NCBI GenBank assembly: GCA_951804945.1
Contig: OX638152.1
Coordinates: 68,448,001-68,512,000 of the forward strand
DNA length: 64,000 nucleotides
Source of the DNA: Podarcis cretensis
Taxonomy: Eukaryota
Reading direction: 5' to 3'
The number at the start of each line of letters is the position of its first letter. Positions within the stretch are counted from its first letter, which is position 1. The notes below the pieces were generated by a model that did not search any database, was not told the DNA's origin, and worked only from the letters and a program-made list of their open reading frames with translations. Shown here piece by piece: positions 40,985 to 53,120 of the stretch. A program made the position numbers and the translations under genes.

Positions 40985-42200
40985 CCGACACCCATATTAT
41001 GGGGAAGTTGTTTGAGAGTGTGCTGGCTGCCCAGTTCCAGGTACCCCTGGAGAAAGCAGATTATCTAGACCCATTTTAGTCTGGGTTCAGGCCTGGTTAT
41101 GAGACTCCATTGGTCTTGATCATCCTGGATGCTCTTTATCAGGAGAGAGATAGGGGAGTGTAACCCTCTTACTCTACCACTCAGCTGCTTTTGATACTAT
41201 CAACAATGCTTTCCTGCTGGTTCGGCCTTGCGAGCTGGGAGCAGGGGACACTCTTCTGCAGTGCTACCACTATTTGTGGGGCTGGTTCCACAGATAGCAT
41301 TAGGTAACAGTTTGTTAGCAGTTATGAAAGGAACCATCTTGTCCACACTACTATTAAACATCTATATAAAGCTGTTGGGAATGGTCATTAAGGGAGTGCT
41401 TATTTCTCTGTAACATCTGAATCAGGAGCTGTGCAGATTCAGAATCAGTGACTGAGAGTAGTGGTGCAGTAGATGAGGGCCAATAAAAAGAAACCCAGCA
41501 AGGCAAGATGGAGGTCTTGTGAGTAGGTGGTCCCCAGGTCCAGGAATTAGGCAATTTGCCTGGTCTGGATAAGGTTGCACTTGCTCTGCAGGAGCTGGTT
41601 CATACACTGGGGTGCTTCTGAATCCATCATTAACACTGGAGGCTCATGTGGCTCCAGGGGAAATTAGTGTCTTCTACCAGCTTCAGTAGATATGCCAGCT
41701 GCAGCCATTCCTAGAGACAGTCTTGCTGCAGTGACCCAGGCACCGGTAACCTCAATACTCTTTTAATGCAATGTGTTTTACATGGGGCTGCCATAACATT
41801 GGTCTAGAAGCTGTGCAGAATGAAGCAGTTAGGTTACTAATTGATATGCATGGGTGCAGACATCTAACACCAGTTTTAAAGGAACTGCCCCGGCTGCTAA
41901 TTTGCTACTGCACCAAGTTTTGGGTATTAATGTATAAGGCCCTAAACAATTTGGGACCAGGTTATCAAAGTGAACATCTTCACCTACGCAAATCTGCCCA
42001 TTCCCTAACATCACCTACAAAGGCCTTCATGGATAAGCCACAGCCAGAAGACATCCACTTGGATTACCCAGGAAGAGGGCCTTCCCTGGCTGTGTCCACT
42101 CTCCCCAATTGTCATCCCTAGAAATAAGGCATGCGCCAACAATGAGGCAACTCCAGCACATGCAGAAAATTTTTTTGTTTAGCAAGGTCTGTGATGGCTA
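40985..42200 (+). mobile_element. Old degenerate L2-clade LINE fragment (RT region)
   Basis: Decayed similarity to the young L2 (gacccattttagtctgggttcaggcctgg; gctgcttttgatactatc; QNEAVRLL..HLTPVLKEL..YKALNNLGPGY), with frameshifts. Confidence 0.8.
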
Positions 42201-42650
42201 CTGATGCTACTTTTTCTTGTATTTGTATTATATTTTGATATTGCTGCACACAGGCTTCAGGTGGCCACAAAATGTGCATTATTTTGTTTTTCTGTCTAAA
42301 TATTTATGTATGCTATCCAAAGTTGCTGTTCAAACTCGTCTCTTCCAAATGGCAGCTAGCCTCTTCAGCAGCAGGATCTGCTTATGTGAAAATGTCAAAG
42401 AAACCACTGGTCACTTATTTTAATGTCAAATGTCCCCATCTGTTTTTAACTGCTGTACTTTTATTATTAACATTAAAAAAATTAAACTACCCTGGAGGTT
42501 TTGAGTTAAACTCAGTTTTCAGTTAACTGTTATTTAAACAATTAATTAAATTGTTTAAACATGTGTGCATAATTTTAAACACACACAATATCTTTGGACT
42601 GTGGCCTACAATCTGAACTTACTTAGAATATATGTACATTATAGCTGTAC

Positions 42651-42681
42651 CTTTTGTATTCTCTTTTTCTGAAGCTGAAAT
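42651..42681 (-). CDS. OFD1: OFD1 exon 5 (31 nt)
   Basis: ttccag|ISASEKENTKG|gtacag; restores phase 1. Confidence 0.88.
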
Positions 42682-43118
42682 CTGGAAAGAAAAAAAAATT
42701 AGTCCATTTATACCGCAGTCCCGAGTTCCATCTGAAGAGCTGCAAAGTAGCTGCCATGCCCCAAGCCCTGCCACTCCCACTGGCCAGGGCAAAAGCTTTG
42801 GCCTATCCTTCCCCCTTTTTTGCTGTGTGAATTCCAGGCAGGTGCACCAGAGGGGTCTGAGGATCAGGCGGCATCCCACAGTACTCCCTTTGGGGCTTTT
42901 CTGAAGGCTTCTGCCAGAGAGAGAACAACCACTAATGGTTTCCCACTCCACAGAGTAGGGCCCACTCCACAGAGTAGGGCCTTCGCAGCCGTGAAGCAAA
43001 GGGTCTCTACCACCTTATCCTAACCCTCTTCCACAGTGCAGGTGGAGGATTTTGACTGCATTCTTATCTACACAATGCTTAACAAAAAATAAGATCGCAA
43101 GAAATAAGATTATTTTAC

Positions 43119-43187
43119 CAGTGCTTTGTAAAGATCAGTCTTTGGATTGATCCTTATCAGCTGTAGTAAATCTTGCATGGTGAGTGC
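43119..43187 (-). CDS. OFD1: OFD1 exon 4 (69 nt)
   Basis: ALTMQDLLQLIRINPKTDLYKAL|gtaaaa. Confidence 0.92.
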
Positions 43188-43700
43188 CTTTATAAGGAGA
43201 TAAAGAAACCGGATAACTCTCAATTATATATTTGACAATCCATATTATAAAAACAAAAAGTTAAACAACTAAGCCAACAAAATCAAAATGAGATAACGAT
43301 TGGAATGTCACATATACCTTCACTGTTTGTATCAAGGCCAATTATTGCATGCCTTCATACACACTTTTGCAGCCAAACACATAGGCACTCAGAAGTTAAC
43401 ACAGTTTCACAATGATTCGCATTGAGTCTTACATTCATTCACTCTTGCATACACACACAGGAGTTCACACATACACAATGTCTCACCTTCAGAGGCTCAG
43501 AAACAGTCACTCAGTCATGCATGCACAAAGTCTTTCCTAGAATTTACCATAACATATCTCAGTGCTTCTAAGCTGGCTGATCCAACTGTAATTAACTTTG
43601 CAATCAGCAGCGTTCATTCTGAAGTGGTTTCTTCTCTGTACTTTAGATGTTTTGTGGGACCATTTGACCTTCAGTAGGCATTGGTAAGAAGACCCTACAT

Positions 43701-43836
43701 CAGGCATTCCCAAACTCGGCCCTCCAGAAGTTTGGGGACTACAACTTCCATCATCCATCGTTAGTAGGACCCATGGTCAGGGGTGATGGGAATTGTAGTC
43801 CCAAAACATCTGGAGGGCCGAGTTTGAGGGTGCCTG
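43701..43836. mobile_element. Palindromic hAT-type MITE
   Basis: About 60-bp inverted arms (CAGGCA..CAAACTCGGCCCTCCAGA / TCTGGAGGGCCGAGTTTG..TGCCTG); imperfect 8-bp TSD CCCTACAT/CCCTATAC; decayed relatives near 2215, 7480, 7660, 22890, 27540, 55870, 61235. Confidence 0.82.
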
Positions 43837-44018
43837 CCCTATACAGATGAACCTGATCCTGCTGTACATACCCATAATGTCTTCTTCCTGAGATTTCCAA
43901 GACTAATTAAAGGCCTGATCCTAGCAGAAACAGATCCTTTTGTCTCCTGCTGCTGGCAAGTCAACAGGCTTTGCTACACCCAACCCACTTTTGGACTGTT
44001 TGTAGTTACATACAAAAT

Positions 44019-44019
<1 letters not shown>

Positions 44020-44057
<38 letters not shown>
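44020..44057. repeat. (CA)n microsatellite
   Basis: Directly visible. Confidence 0.95.
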
Positions 44058-44058
<1 letters not shown>

Positions 44059-44339
44059 TATTATGCTCTTCTGGAGTGGTGGTGTTATAAATTGTTTGAG
44101 GATTCTAGGGGGTCAATGTGTGCATGGCCCGGTGTGTGTGTGTGTGTGTGTTCAGTAAGATAGCTGAGATCTGCTACTGGGCCACACTTACTTACTTACT
44201 TACTAAAAAATGACAAATGCATTTTTGGACTAAAGATGGTCTAGATAGGTTGATAGACAATGTAATAACTGCACTGGATAAACAGGACTTCATTTATGTA
44301 CTGAGCATAATTTAACATCCTTCAAAAGAAGGTACTTAC

Positions 44340-44540
44340 CTTATCCTTTTCTAATCCACTTTCTGGATAGAATACAGACAGTGAATATTCATAGCCACAT
44401 CTGCGCAGGTGATCTGCCACCAGACTGTTAGAAGCACCAATTAACAATGAACTGCATTCACTAGAAACAGCTTGTGGCTGAATTTTTCCACTTAAAATGG
44501 GATTCATTAGATCATGTATGAGTTGGTTTCGAAGCTGTGT
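44340..44540 (-). CDS. OFD1: OFD1 exon 3 (201 nt, LisH region)
   Basis: [18 protein letters not shown]...[28 protein letters not shown]|gtaagt. Confidence 0.95.
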
Positions 44541-44610
44541 CTGGCACAAAGAAAAAATTATATTATTGTTAACTGGGATTTCTAGAAGAAAAAGTGAAAA
44601 AGAAACATTA

Positions 44611-44952
44611 GGTAAAGGTAAAGGTACCCCTGCCCGTACGGGCCAGTCTTGCCAGACTCTAGGGTTGTGCGCTCATCTCACTCTATAGGCCGGGAGCCAG
44701 CGCTGTCCGCAGACACTTCCGGATCACGTGGCCAGTGTGACAAGCTGCATCTGGCGAGCCAGCGCAGCACACGGAACGCCGTTTACCTTCCCGCTGGTAA
44801 GCGGTCCCTATTTATCTACTTGCACCCGGAGGTGCTTTCGAACTGCTAGGTTGGCAGGCGCTGGGACCCCACCGCGGGGATTCGAAACACCGACCATGTG
44901 ATCGGCAAGTCCTAGGCGCTGAGGTTTTACCTACAGCACCACCCACGTCCCT
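44611..44952 (-). mobile_element. Sauria SINE in OFD1 intron 2
   Basis: Reverse complement of the 1607 copy with a short internal deletion; 12-bp TSD AAAGAAACATTA (44599-44610 / 44953-44964). Confidence 0.92.
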
Positions 44953-45272
44953 AAAGAAACATTAAATAAATTTTTAAAAGTTTAAGACTTTGATATGTTA
45001 CACTGGTGTGTATAATGCTTTACGCATTGAACAGTCAAGCAATACATCAAGAGAAAATCTGGCAGTAATATTTCTTTCAATATATCTCATAATTTCATGG
45101 CTTATATACATACACCTTTGCCCTACAGTTGTGACTACTATATCAATGTCTACTTTATTGTGCTTTAAATATATTGAAAGCTGCCTTGAGAATTTCAGTG
45201 AGTAGGCTGGGTATAAATACTGCTTAATAAATTAAAACCCTTATTTTAATATTGCTTAATTATATCAAATAC

Positions 45273-45368
45273 CTTAAGTGAATCCAAAACACCTCGGCTC
45301 TTAAATGTCTGATATAGTCTTCTCCGGAGTTCATCTTGCGACAGAGCTGGAAATTCATCTGAAGACAT
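45273..45368 (-). CDS. OFD1: OFD1 exon 2 (first coding; the exon itself spans 45273-45374)
   Basis: ttttcag|ATC CTA ATG: MSSDEFPALSQDELRRRLYQTFKSRGVLDSLK|gtattt. Confidence 0.88.
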
Positions 45369-47357
45369 TAGGATCTGAAAACATGAGAAAACAATATTGC
45401 TATTTTTGCAGACAACCAAAAACACAAGCCATGGTAACAGAAATGTTGCCAGCCTTTTAATAATCGCATATCAAAACCCCGAATTTCAAAATCTTAAGTG
45501 ATTCTTAGCAGCATGCATCAAATCAGCATGTTTATTTGAGTTGCAAATGCAGGGCTATCAATTAGTGAAGTGTAGCTTACATTTACCATCAACAAACATC
45601 CTGGTACTTACAAAAACAGTATTCAACAAAGGAAGTAAACAGACATGATTAGTTATATACCTAAGCCACTTTCCTATGTTCTTCTGTTGCCAGTTGTTCT
45701 ATTCAAAGCATTGAAACTGCAATGGCAAAGAACTGGAGACTTGTCCATTTTAAAAAATGCAGGTCTCAAAATTATATGAATAGGTTTGATCCCAATGGGA
45801 TGGAAATTTTAAAATGGGTTTGAAGGAGATTGACTAGGGATTGAGGCAGTGTAAAGGGTAACAGAAGCAAGTAAGGCTGAAGGTAGGATTGAAACACACA
45901 TCATAATTAAAAAAGGGTGCCTTATTGAAGTCTGAACAGCCTAATGAACTTTCTATAATTATTTTGTTTCTTTAATGCGCATGATTCTTTAATGTTATAT
46001 TCTGTATGAATGAAAACCGGTACATCAAAAGCATGCTTTGAATGCCCCTAAAATAGAACTATAATGCAGTCCTATGTGTGTTTACCAGGGAACAAGGCCC
46101 ATAGAATTCAGTGACTTCTGAATAAGTACACTTAGGACCATACATTAAAACATGCTCACTTTTACTGTGCACAAAATGTATGTAACATTCCATCCCACCT
46201 CCCGATATTCTTCCAATTCTAAAATGATCAAGAAACAGAAGTGGGGATTAGGCCAGTACAGCAGATATAATAGGCTCAATTCCCAATGGGTGAGTTGACC
46301 AGTGTCACAATGAAGTCAACCCTTGCATTATACAGCTGTGGTAAACCAGCAATGCTTCTGCCAGTTGTGTTGCCACAAAGAGTAGCCAGCATGAGGCTCT
46401 GAAATGGGCACTACAAGAGGTGGGGTAGGATTCACTGGATCTCAGTCCCATCCACTTTCTGGAGAGGGGTCTGATTTGTGCCTCTCTGCTATGGCAGCTT
46501 AGAGCTGGTGCAGCAACGCCCCCCCCAAAAAAAAACTCCCTCCCTTTTCATCAGTGTTTGAAACTCCCATTGTTGTAGGCGCATTTTGTGACAGGGAAAT
46601 TCATTAGCATGAGCAGTTTCTGAGCTCTGGGCACAGTGCTGTGCCTAGGATTTCAGATTAAAACTGCAGAGTGGAAGGAGAGGAGGACCTTTTTCTGCCT
46701 CCACACTTCCAGCTACTCTCTGAAGACTGGAAAAGAGACCCGCTTAAGAATATTATGGGGGTTGGCAGGATAAGGACTAGACACCATGTGAAAAATGAAT
46801 AGAATTATTTTAGCTGTAGTTCATTCATTTTCAGCTTTGTATTCTTTTTTTAAAAAGCATGCTTAGACATTCCGTTGTTGTGCCCATAACCTAGGTTTAA
46901 GGTGCCATTTATCTCCTAGCTTTCCTATCTCTGTTTCTAAACACTGCTTTTCATCCTGGTTGGCAAGCCTGTGGGTGTAACTGAGAATTTGTTGTGACCA
47001 GCTTCCCGGGGCTGACTCAGATTGTTCTGTCTGTGAAAAATTACGATATGCATAACGTTCAGAATCAACAGAAAATTGACGTATGTGGTGACACAATTGT
47101 TTTAAGATTCTAGAATAACAGAACTGAAAGGAATCTGAGATGTCATCTAGACCTGCTCAACACCAGATCAGGAATGCAGGATTACAACACCTGTGACGGC
47201 CATCTCTACTTAAACACCTACAATAACTCACCACCACATAGGCGTAGCCAAGGAGAGGCAGCTGCTACTCCTAAATCAAGTAAAAACAAATACTTAAGTG
47301 ACCAATCACATCTCAGATAGCTTGGCTCTACCCCCTAACATAAATCCTCCCCCCAGT

Positions 47358-47720
47358 GGACGCAGGTGGCGCTGTGGGTTAAAGCCTCAGCGCCTAGGAC
47401 TTGCCGATCGAAAGGTCGGCGGTTCGAATCCCTGCGGCGGGGTGCGTTCCCGCTGCTCGGTCCCAGCGCCTGCCAACCTAGCAGTTCGAAAGCACCTCCG
47501 GGTGCAAGTAGATAAATAGGGACCGCTTACCAGCGGGAAGGTAAACGGCGTTTCCGTGTGCGGCTCTGGCTCGCCAGAGCAGCGATGTCACGCTGGCCAC
47601 GTGACCCGGAAGTGTCTCCGGACAGCGCTGGCCCCTGGCCTCTTAAGTGAGATGGGCGCACAACCCCAGAGTCTGTCAAGACTGGCCCGTACGGGCAGGG
47701 GTACCTTTACCTTTACCTTT
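47358..47720 (+). mobile_element. Sauria SINE in OFD1 intron 1
   Basis: Near-identical to the 1607 copy; (ACCTTT)n tail; no clear TSD. Confidence 0.92.
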
Positions 47721-48606
47721 TATGTGCATGTACCACCACCTCCTGAGACAATATGCTCCTCTGTCAAACAGCTCATCTTGTAAGGAAGTTTGCCTCCCTG
47801 TTATCTCGATCCAAATGGCGAGTGGGGAAAGAAAGAGAAAAAAAAAATACATCTTCTTGCCCTGGAGGAGGAGCTATTGTCACAGCTGCAAGTATTCGAG
47901 CTGCCTATTTCATTTAACTACTAGATGCAACCGAATTTAATACAGGCCATGTTAGAAGTGGGCAGCACCAGGGTTTTCCCCGTTTCCTACCCATTCCCCA
48001 ATACGGTGTCTGTTCAATTGTGAAACGAACTAGGGGGTAAGCTAGTCTACAGGTTGAGTCTCCCGACCTTTTATGTAGTCCCTAGGAAACTTCAGACACC
48101 TTCTAAATAATACCAATAATAACAATGCGAGTTGCGCGCAGTCCAGAGCACATTCTCTTCCGTGTTTTTTTAAAAACGACCCTTCCTACTAGCCCACCTC
48201 TTTGCTAGACCTTTCGCGCCCCGCCTGCTTTCTGGCCGGCCTCGAGAAGCGCACTCCGCTCCCCGCCCGCCTGGTCGTACCGAGAGGGCGGCTGCGAAAG
48301 GGAGCGGCTACGCTTCTCTGGTCAAGGAGAGGCGCTTCAGGAAGCCAGCCGGGCACAACTCTTGAGGCGCGGCGGCGGCGGCGGGGCCCTTCTCAGCTCC
48401 TCCTTCCGAGTTTCAGGGTCTATTTTGTGACGAGGAGAGCGGGGAAGTTCTGACCCGGGCAGAAAAAGGGAGGCAGCGGCCGGCCGTGAAATCGCCTCTG
48501 AGGCGCGACGAGAGCCTCTTCCAACGGCCTCGCGCAGACGCGCTTCTCAAGGTCCCGCCCCGACTCCCAACTGCCACTCGCTCCCAACCGCCGCTTCAAG
48601 GCTCTC

Positions 48607-48620
48607 GTTGCCGCGGTTAC
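48607..48620 (-). promoter_or_regulatory. RFX X-box
   Basis: GTAACC-GC-GGCAAC on the minus strand fits GTNRCC(N0-3)RGYAAC; lies upstream of a ciliary gene. Confidence 0.7.
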
Positions 48621-48739
48621 TAGCGCTGAGCCAAGCACGTCGCTATTGCAGAACTCTCGCGACAACTCGCCGCTGAGAGACCCGCCCATCAGAATCAACC
48701 AATAAAAGGGGCTGGTCTCTATGACGACATCACTCTGCG

Positions 48740-48813
48740 CCGGATGTTTTCGGGAGGAGTGCCTCGCTGCCTTCTGTTTTCTCTTCTTCCTGTATCTGCT
48801 TTCTGGACCTCAG
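48740..48813 (+). other. TRAPPC2: TRAPPC2 non-coding first exon (start approximate)
   Basis: Strong donor CAG|GTAAAA at 48813/48814 just downstream of the promoter motifs. Confidence 0.6.
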
Positions 48814-48984
48814 GTAAAACCTCTTCTCCCTACTCCTGTTAAAACGTCTGCTTGGGAAATAGTAAAACTGGTAGCCGCTGAACGGTCGAGGGTAGAGACA
48901 TTAATGGGGGACACCGGTGGTTCCCCATTGAGGTTCTGTGCGGTTCATGCCCACTCACCCTGAGGCCTGAATGTCCTCCAGGAT

Positions 48985-49117
48985 GATAGAACCATATAAC
49001 TGCATAATTGGAAAGGACGACGGGGGTCATCTAGTTTAGCCCCTGTGATTTGCAGGAATCTTTTAGGCCAATGTGGGGCTCGAACCCGCGACCTTGAAAT
49101 CAAGAGTCTCATGCTCT
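48985..49117 (-). mobile_element. tRNA-Lys-derived SINE fragment with a CR1-like tail
   Basis: Minus strand AGAGCATGAGACTCTTGATTTCAAGGTCGCGGGTTCGAGCCCCACATTGG resembles tRNA-Lys(CTT) without its 5' arm; followed by ctagatgacccc..ttccaa..atggttcta. Confidence 0.65.
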
Positions 49118-49399
49118 TCTTATTGTTGGTATCAGTCTGCCTGGAGATACAATGGAGTATGCTTCCAGGGGTGAAGTTAACTGCTGCATTTGCAGCACTA
49201 AAGTGACCTTTCCAGGATGCATGCCTGGCCAGTGTTAACGGAGGTTCTGGGCTTCCCCATACAATAAGACCCCACTTTTGGCCTCACTAGTGTGGTCCAG
49301 AGGAAAGCACAGCTACTTAGGAAAGAAGGATGGAGAGGAAGACCAGCTTGAGTCTTCATCTGTATGATCTATGCTATTTTTCAGACTTCAGCTGTATGA

Positions 49400-49540
<141 letters not shown>

Positions 49541-49831
49541 TAAATACTGAATTTTTACATAGTCATGAGCATGTCTAAGTCCAGAAATCCGATAGCTCAA
49601 GGTCTGTATTAATTTGATGTCAATAGTTGGTTTCTAATTAAATTTGCTGCCATTGAAAATGTTACTGCCCTTATGTAGGGGTAGTGCCTATGTATCTGAT
49701 TGATGCTTGATTCCTCCCTCTTCCCTCCCCTCCAGCCCCACTTCATCCCCCAAATCAGGCTGATTCAGCATCCAGTCATACACTGGGTTAACATTCTATG
49801 GAGGCAGAAAGAATACTGTCTGTATATCTGA

Positions 49832-51249
<1,418 letters not shown>

Positions 51250-51335
51250 ATATGAGATTTATAATGCTTCATGATGTAAGGCAAGAAGATGGAATCAAAA
51301 ACTTCTTTAGTGATGTCTATGACTTGTATATAAAG
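51250..51335 (+). CDS. TRAPPC2: TRAPPC2 third coding exon (86 nt)
   Basis: (H)[28 protein letters not shown]|gtaagt. Confidence 0.96.
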
Positions 51336-51362
51336 GTAAGTATCCATAATTGAGGTAGCTAG

Positions 51363-51606
51363 CACTGTGCCCTCTGGCTGTTTAAGAACCGCCCTGTTTA
51401 CGAACTATACGGTTTATGAACTCTGCAAAACCGGAAGTAGTGTCCCGGTTTACAAACTTTGCCTCAGTCTAAGAATGGAATCCAACAGTGGAAGGGCACC
51501 AGCAGCGGGAGGCCTCATTAGGGAAAGCGCACCTCAGTTTAAGAACGGTTTTGGTTTAAGAATGGACTTCCAGAACGGATTAAGTTCATAAACCTTGGTA
51601 CCACTG
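51363..51606. mobile_element. Related Tigger-like MITE with a degenerate left end
   Basis: Right end GGTACCACTG|TA; gaacggattaagttc and gaggcctcattag interior resemble the family. Confidence 0.7.
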
Positions 51607-53021
51607 TATAGGAAGCTATGCAGTATTAATATTGGGAATCTTGGTCTGGAAAAGGCACCCTATCTTATTCAATTTTTACCTAGAGGTTAATTAGCAGTTA
51701 CTTGTCAAGTCTATGAACAGAACCGCATTTAGAAGGAAGTGTAAATTGCTGTTTAACATGTTTATATTATAAAGGATGACATATTTAGGCTTATGTTACA
51801 AGGACTGCCCCCTGCCCCGCCCCCAAAGTGATGGAAAGGGAGATTCCACAGCACAGGTATAACAAGTTGTGTTGACAATACAGGAAGGCAAGCTAGACCT
51901 CTTCTGAAATGAGTGAGTGACTTATGCTAGGAAGCAACATGTGTCATAGGAGGGAAGGAGTTGTATGCACACCCCTTTTTTCCTGCCAGTTTTTCACAGT
52001 AGAACCAAATGATCTGCATGTACTTCGCTTTTCAGTAAGAAGAAGCAAAGAAATGTGGCCCTGCCTCCTCATTCAAGGACAGAAAGAATACAATAGCTCA
52101 CTTCGCAAATTGCATTAAACTGTGACTTGTGAATGCACACCATGCCAGTCCATGCTGCTGAAAAGCTTAGATTGTGCTCATGGTTTGTTTGGAAAGAAAC
52201 AGGCCTGGGTTCATATATCATAGCAAACCTGTAGTTTTTTACAATGGTGGCACAGAAGCAGGGGAGAAGTGGAGAACTCTGTAGCAGCATGCTGTGTGTT
52301 CACATTACACCATAGTTTGTTTTAAACTATGCTTTAATATGAAGTACAAACTAGGGCGGTATCAGACAGCTACGTATGGCTAGAGCAGTCATGTAGATCT
52401 GACATTAACTTATTGTCTAAAAAGTATTTGGAGATGGTTGATCATAGTGGGAAATAACAGTTGTGCCCACCTATAGTAGAGACTTTTGCTTGCATAGTGG
52501 GACTTCTCTCACTAGCCCCTGTGTACACCAAAATCTGCTTCAGGGTTTGGGGAATCCTGTGAAGATTTTGGAGATACTCAGTTGGAAGAGGAAGTACCCT
52601 CATGCAGTGTTGAATTTTCCTTTTCTAAAAAACCCTTATCAACTGAATAGTTATATTTACCTGATTCACAAGCAACACTAAACAAAAACCATTTTGCTCT
52701 TGTGCGCTAAGCCATGGTTTGGCATAGCATGTCCAAACCTGGGCTCATGGTTTGTCTTGCTGTAAGCAAGCAAACCTGTAAGCAAAGAGCAATACTTTGC
52801 AGTTTGTCTAGAGCAAGATAAATCACAAAAATGGATTCAGATAACATACTAAACCAAACTATGGCCTAGCTCACAGCAGCAGGAATGGCAGAGGAGCAAA
52901 GTGGCTGTAGTTTGGCTTAGCTGTATGTGTGAACTGAGCCACTCAAAGTGGTTCAGCCTAGACTTTTTTTGGCATGTCTTAATTACTAATATGTTCTCAC
53001 TATGTTAATTTCTTTCCTCAG

Positions 53022-53120
53022 TTTGCGATGAATCCATTTTATGAACAGAATTCTCAGATTCGATCAACTGCATTTGACAGAAAAGTCCAGTTTCTTGGGA
53101 AAAAGCATCTTTTAAGTTGA
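53022..53120 (+). CDS. TRAPPC2: TRAPPC2 terminal coding exon
   Basis: ctcag|[32 protein letters not shown]; total CDS 423 nt = 140 aa. Confidence 0.96.
   Translation, partial: FAMNPFYEQNSQIRSTAFDRKVQFLGKKHLLS

Larger units (their letters stand above)
21501..45368 (-). other. OFD1: OFD1 gene (centriole/basal body protein), coding span, 22 coding exons, 1026 aa
   Basis: Exons join to 3081 nt with no internal stop; N-terminal LisH-like region, long coiled coils, NPLEKYMKIIQQ motif, C-terminal DDDFW*. Confidence 0.95.
48200..48900. promoter_or_regulatory. Bidirectional CpG-island promoter shared by OFD1 (-) and TRAPPC2 (+)
   Basis: Sharp rise in GC and CpG between head-to-head genes; GC box 48681-48687, CCAAT 48699-48703, ETS-like CCGGATGT near 48740, TCTCGCGACA 48655-48664. 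Confidence 0.9.

Noticed and set aside
48202-48963. ORFs within the CpG island
   Set aside because: Stop-poor GC-rich promoter DNA with no protein family signal
49067-49117. tRNA-Lys(CTT) gene on the minus strand
   Set aside because: The 5' acceptor strand and A-box part are missing, there are mismatches, and it runs into a CR1-like tail; it is a SINE head
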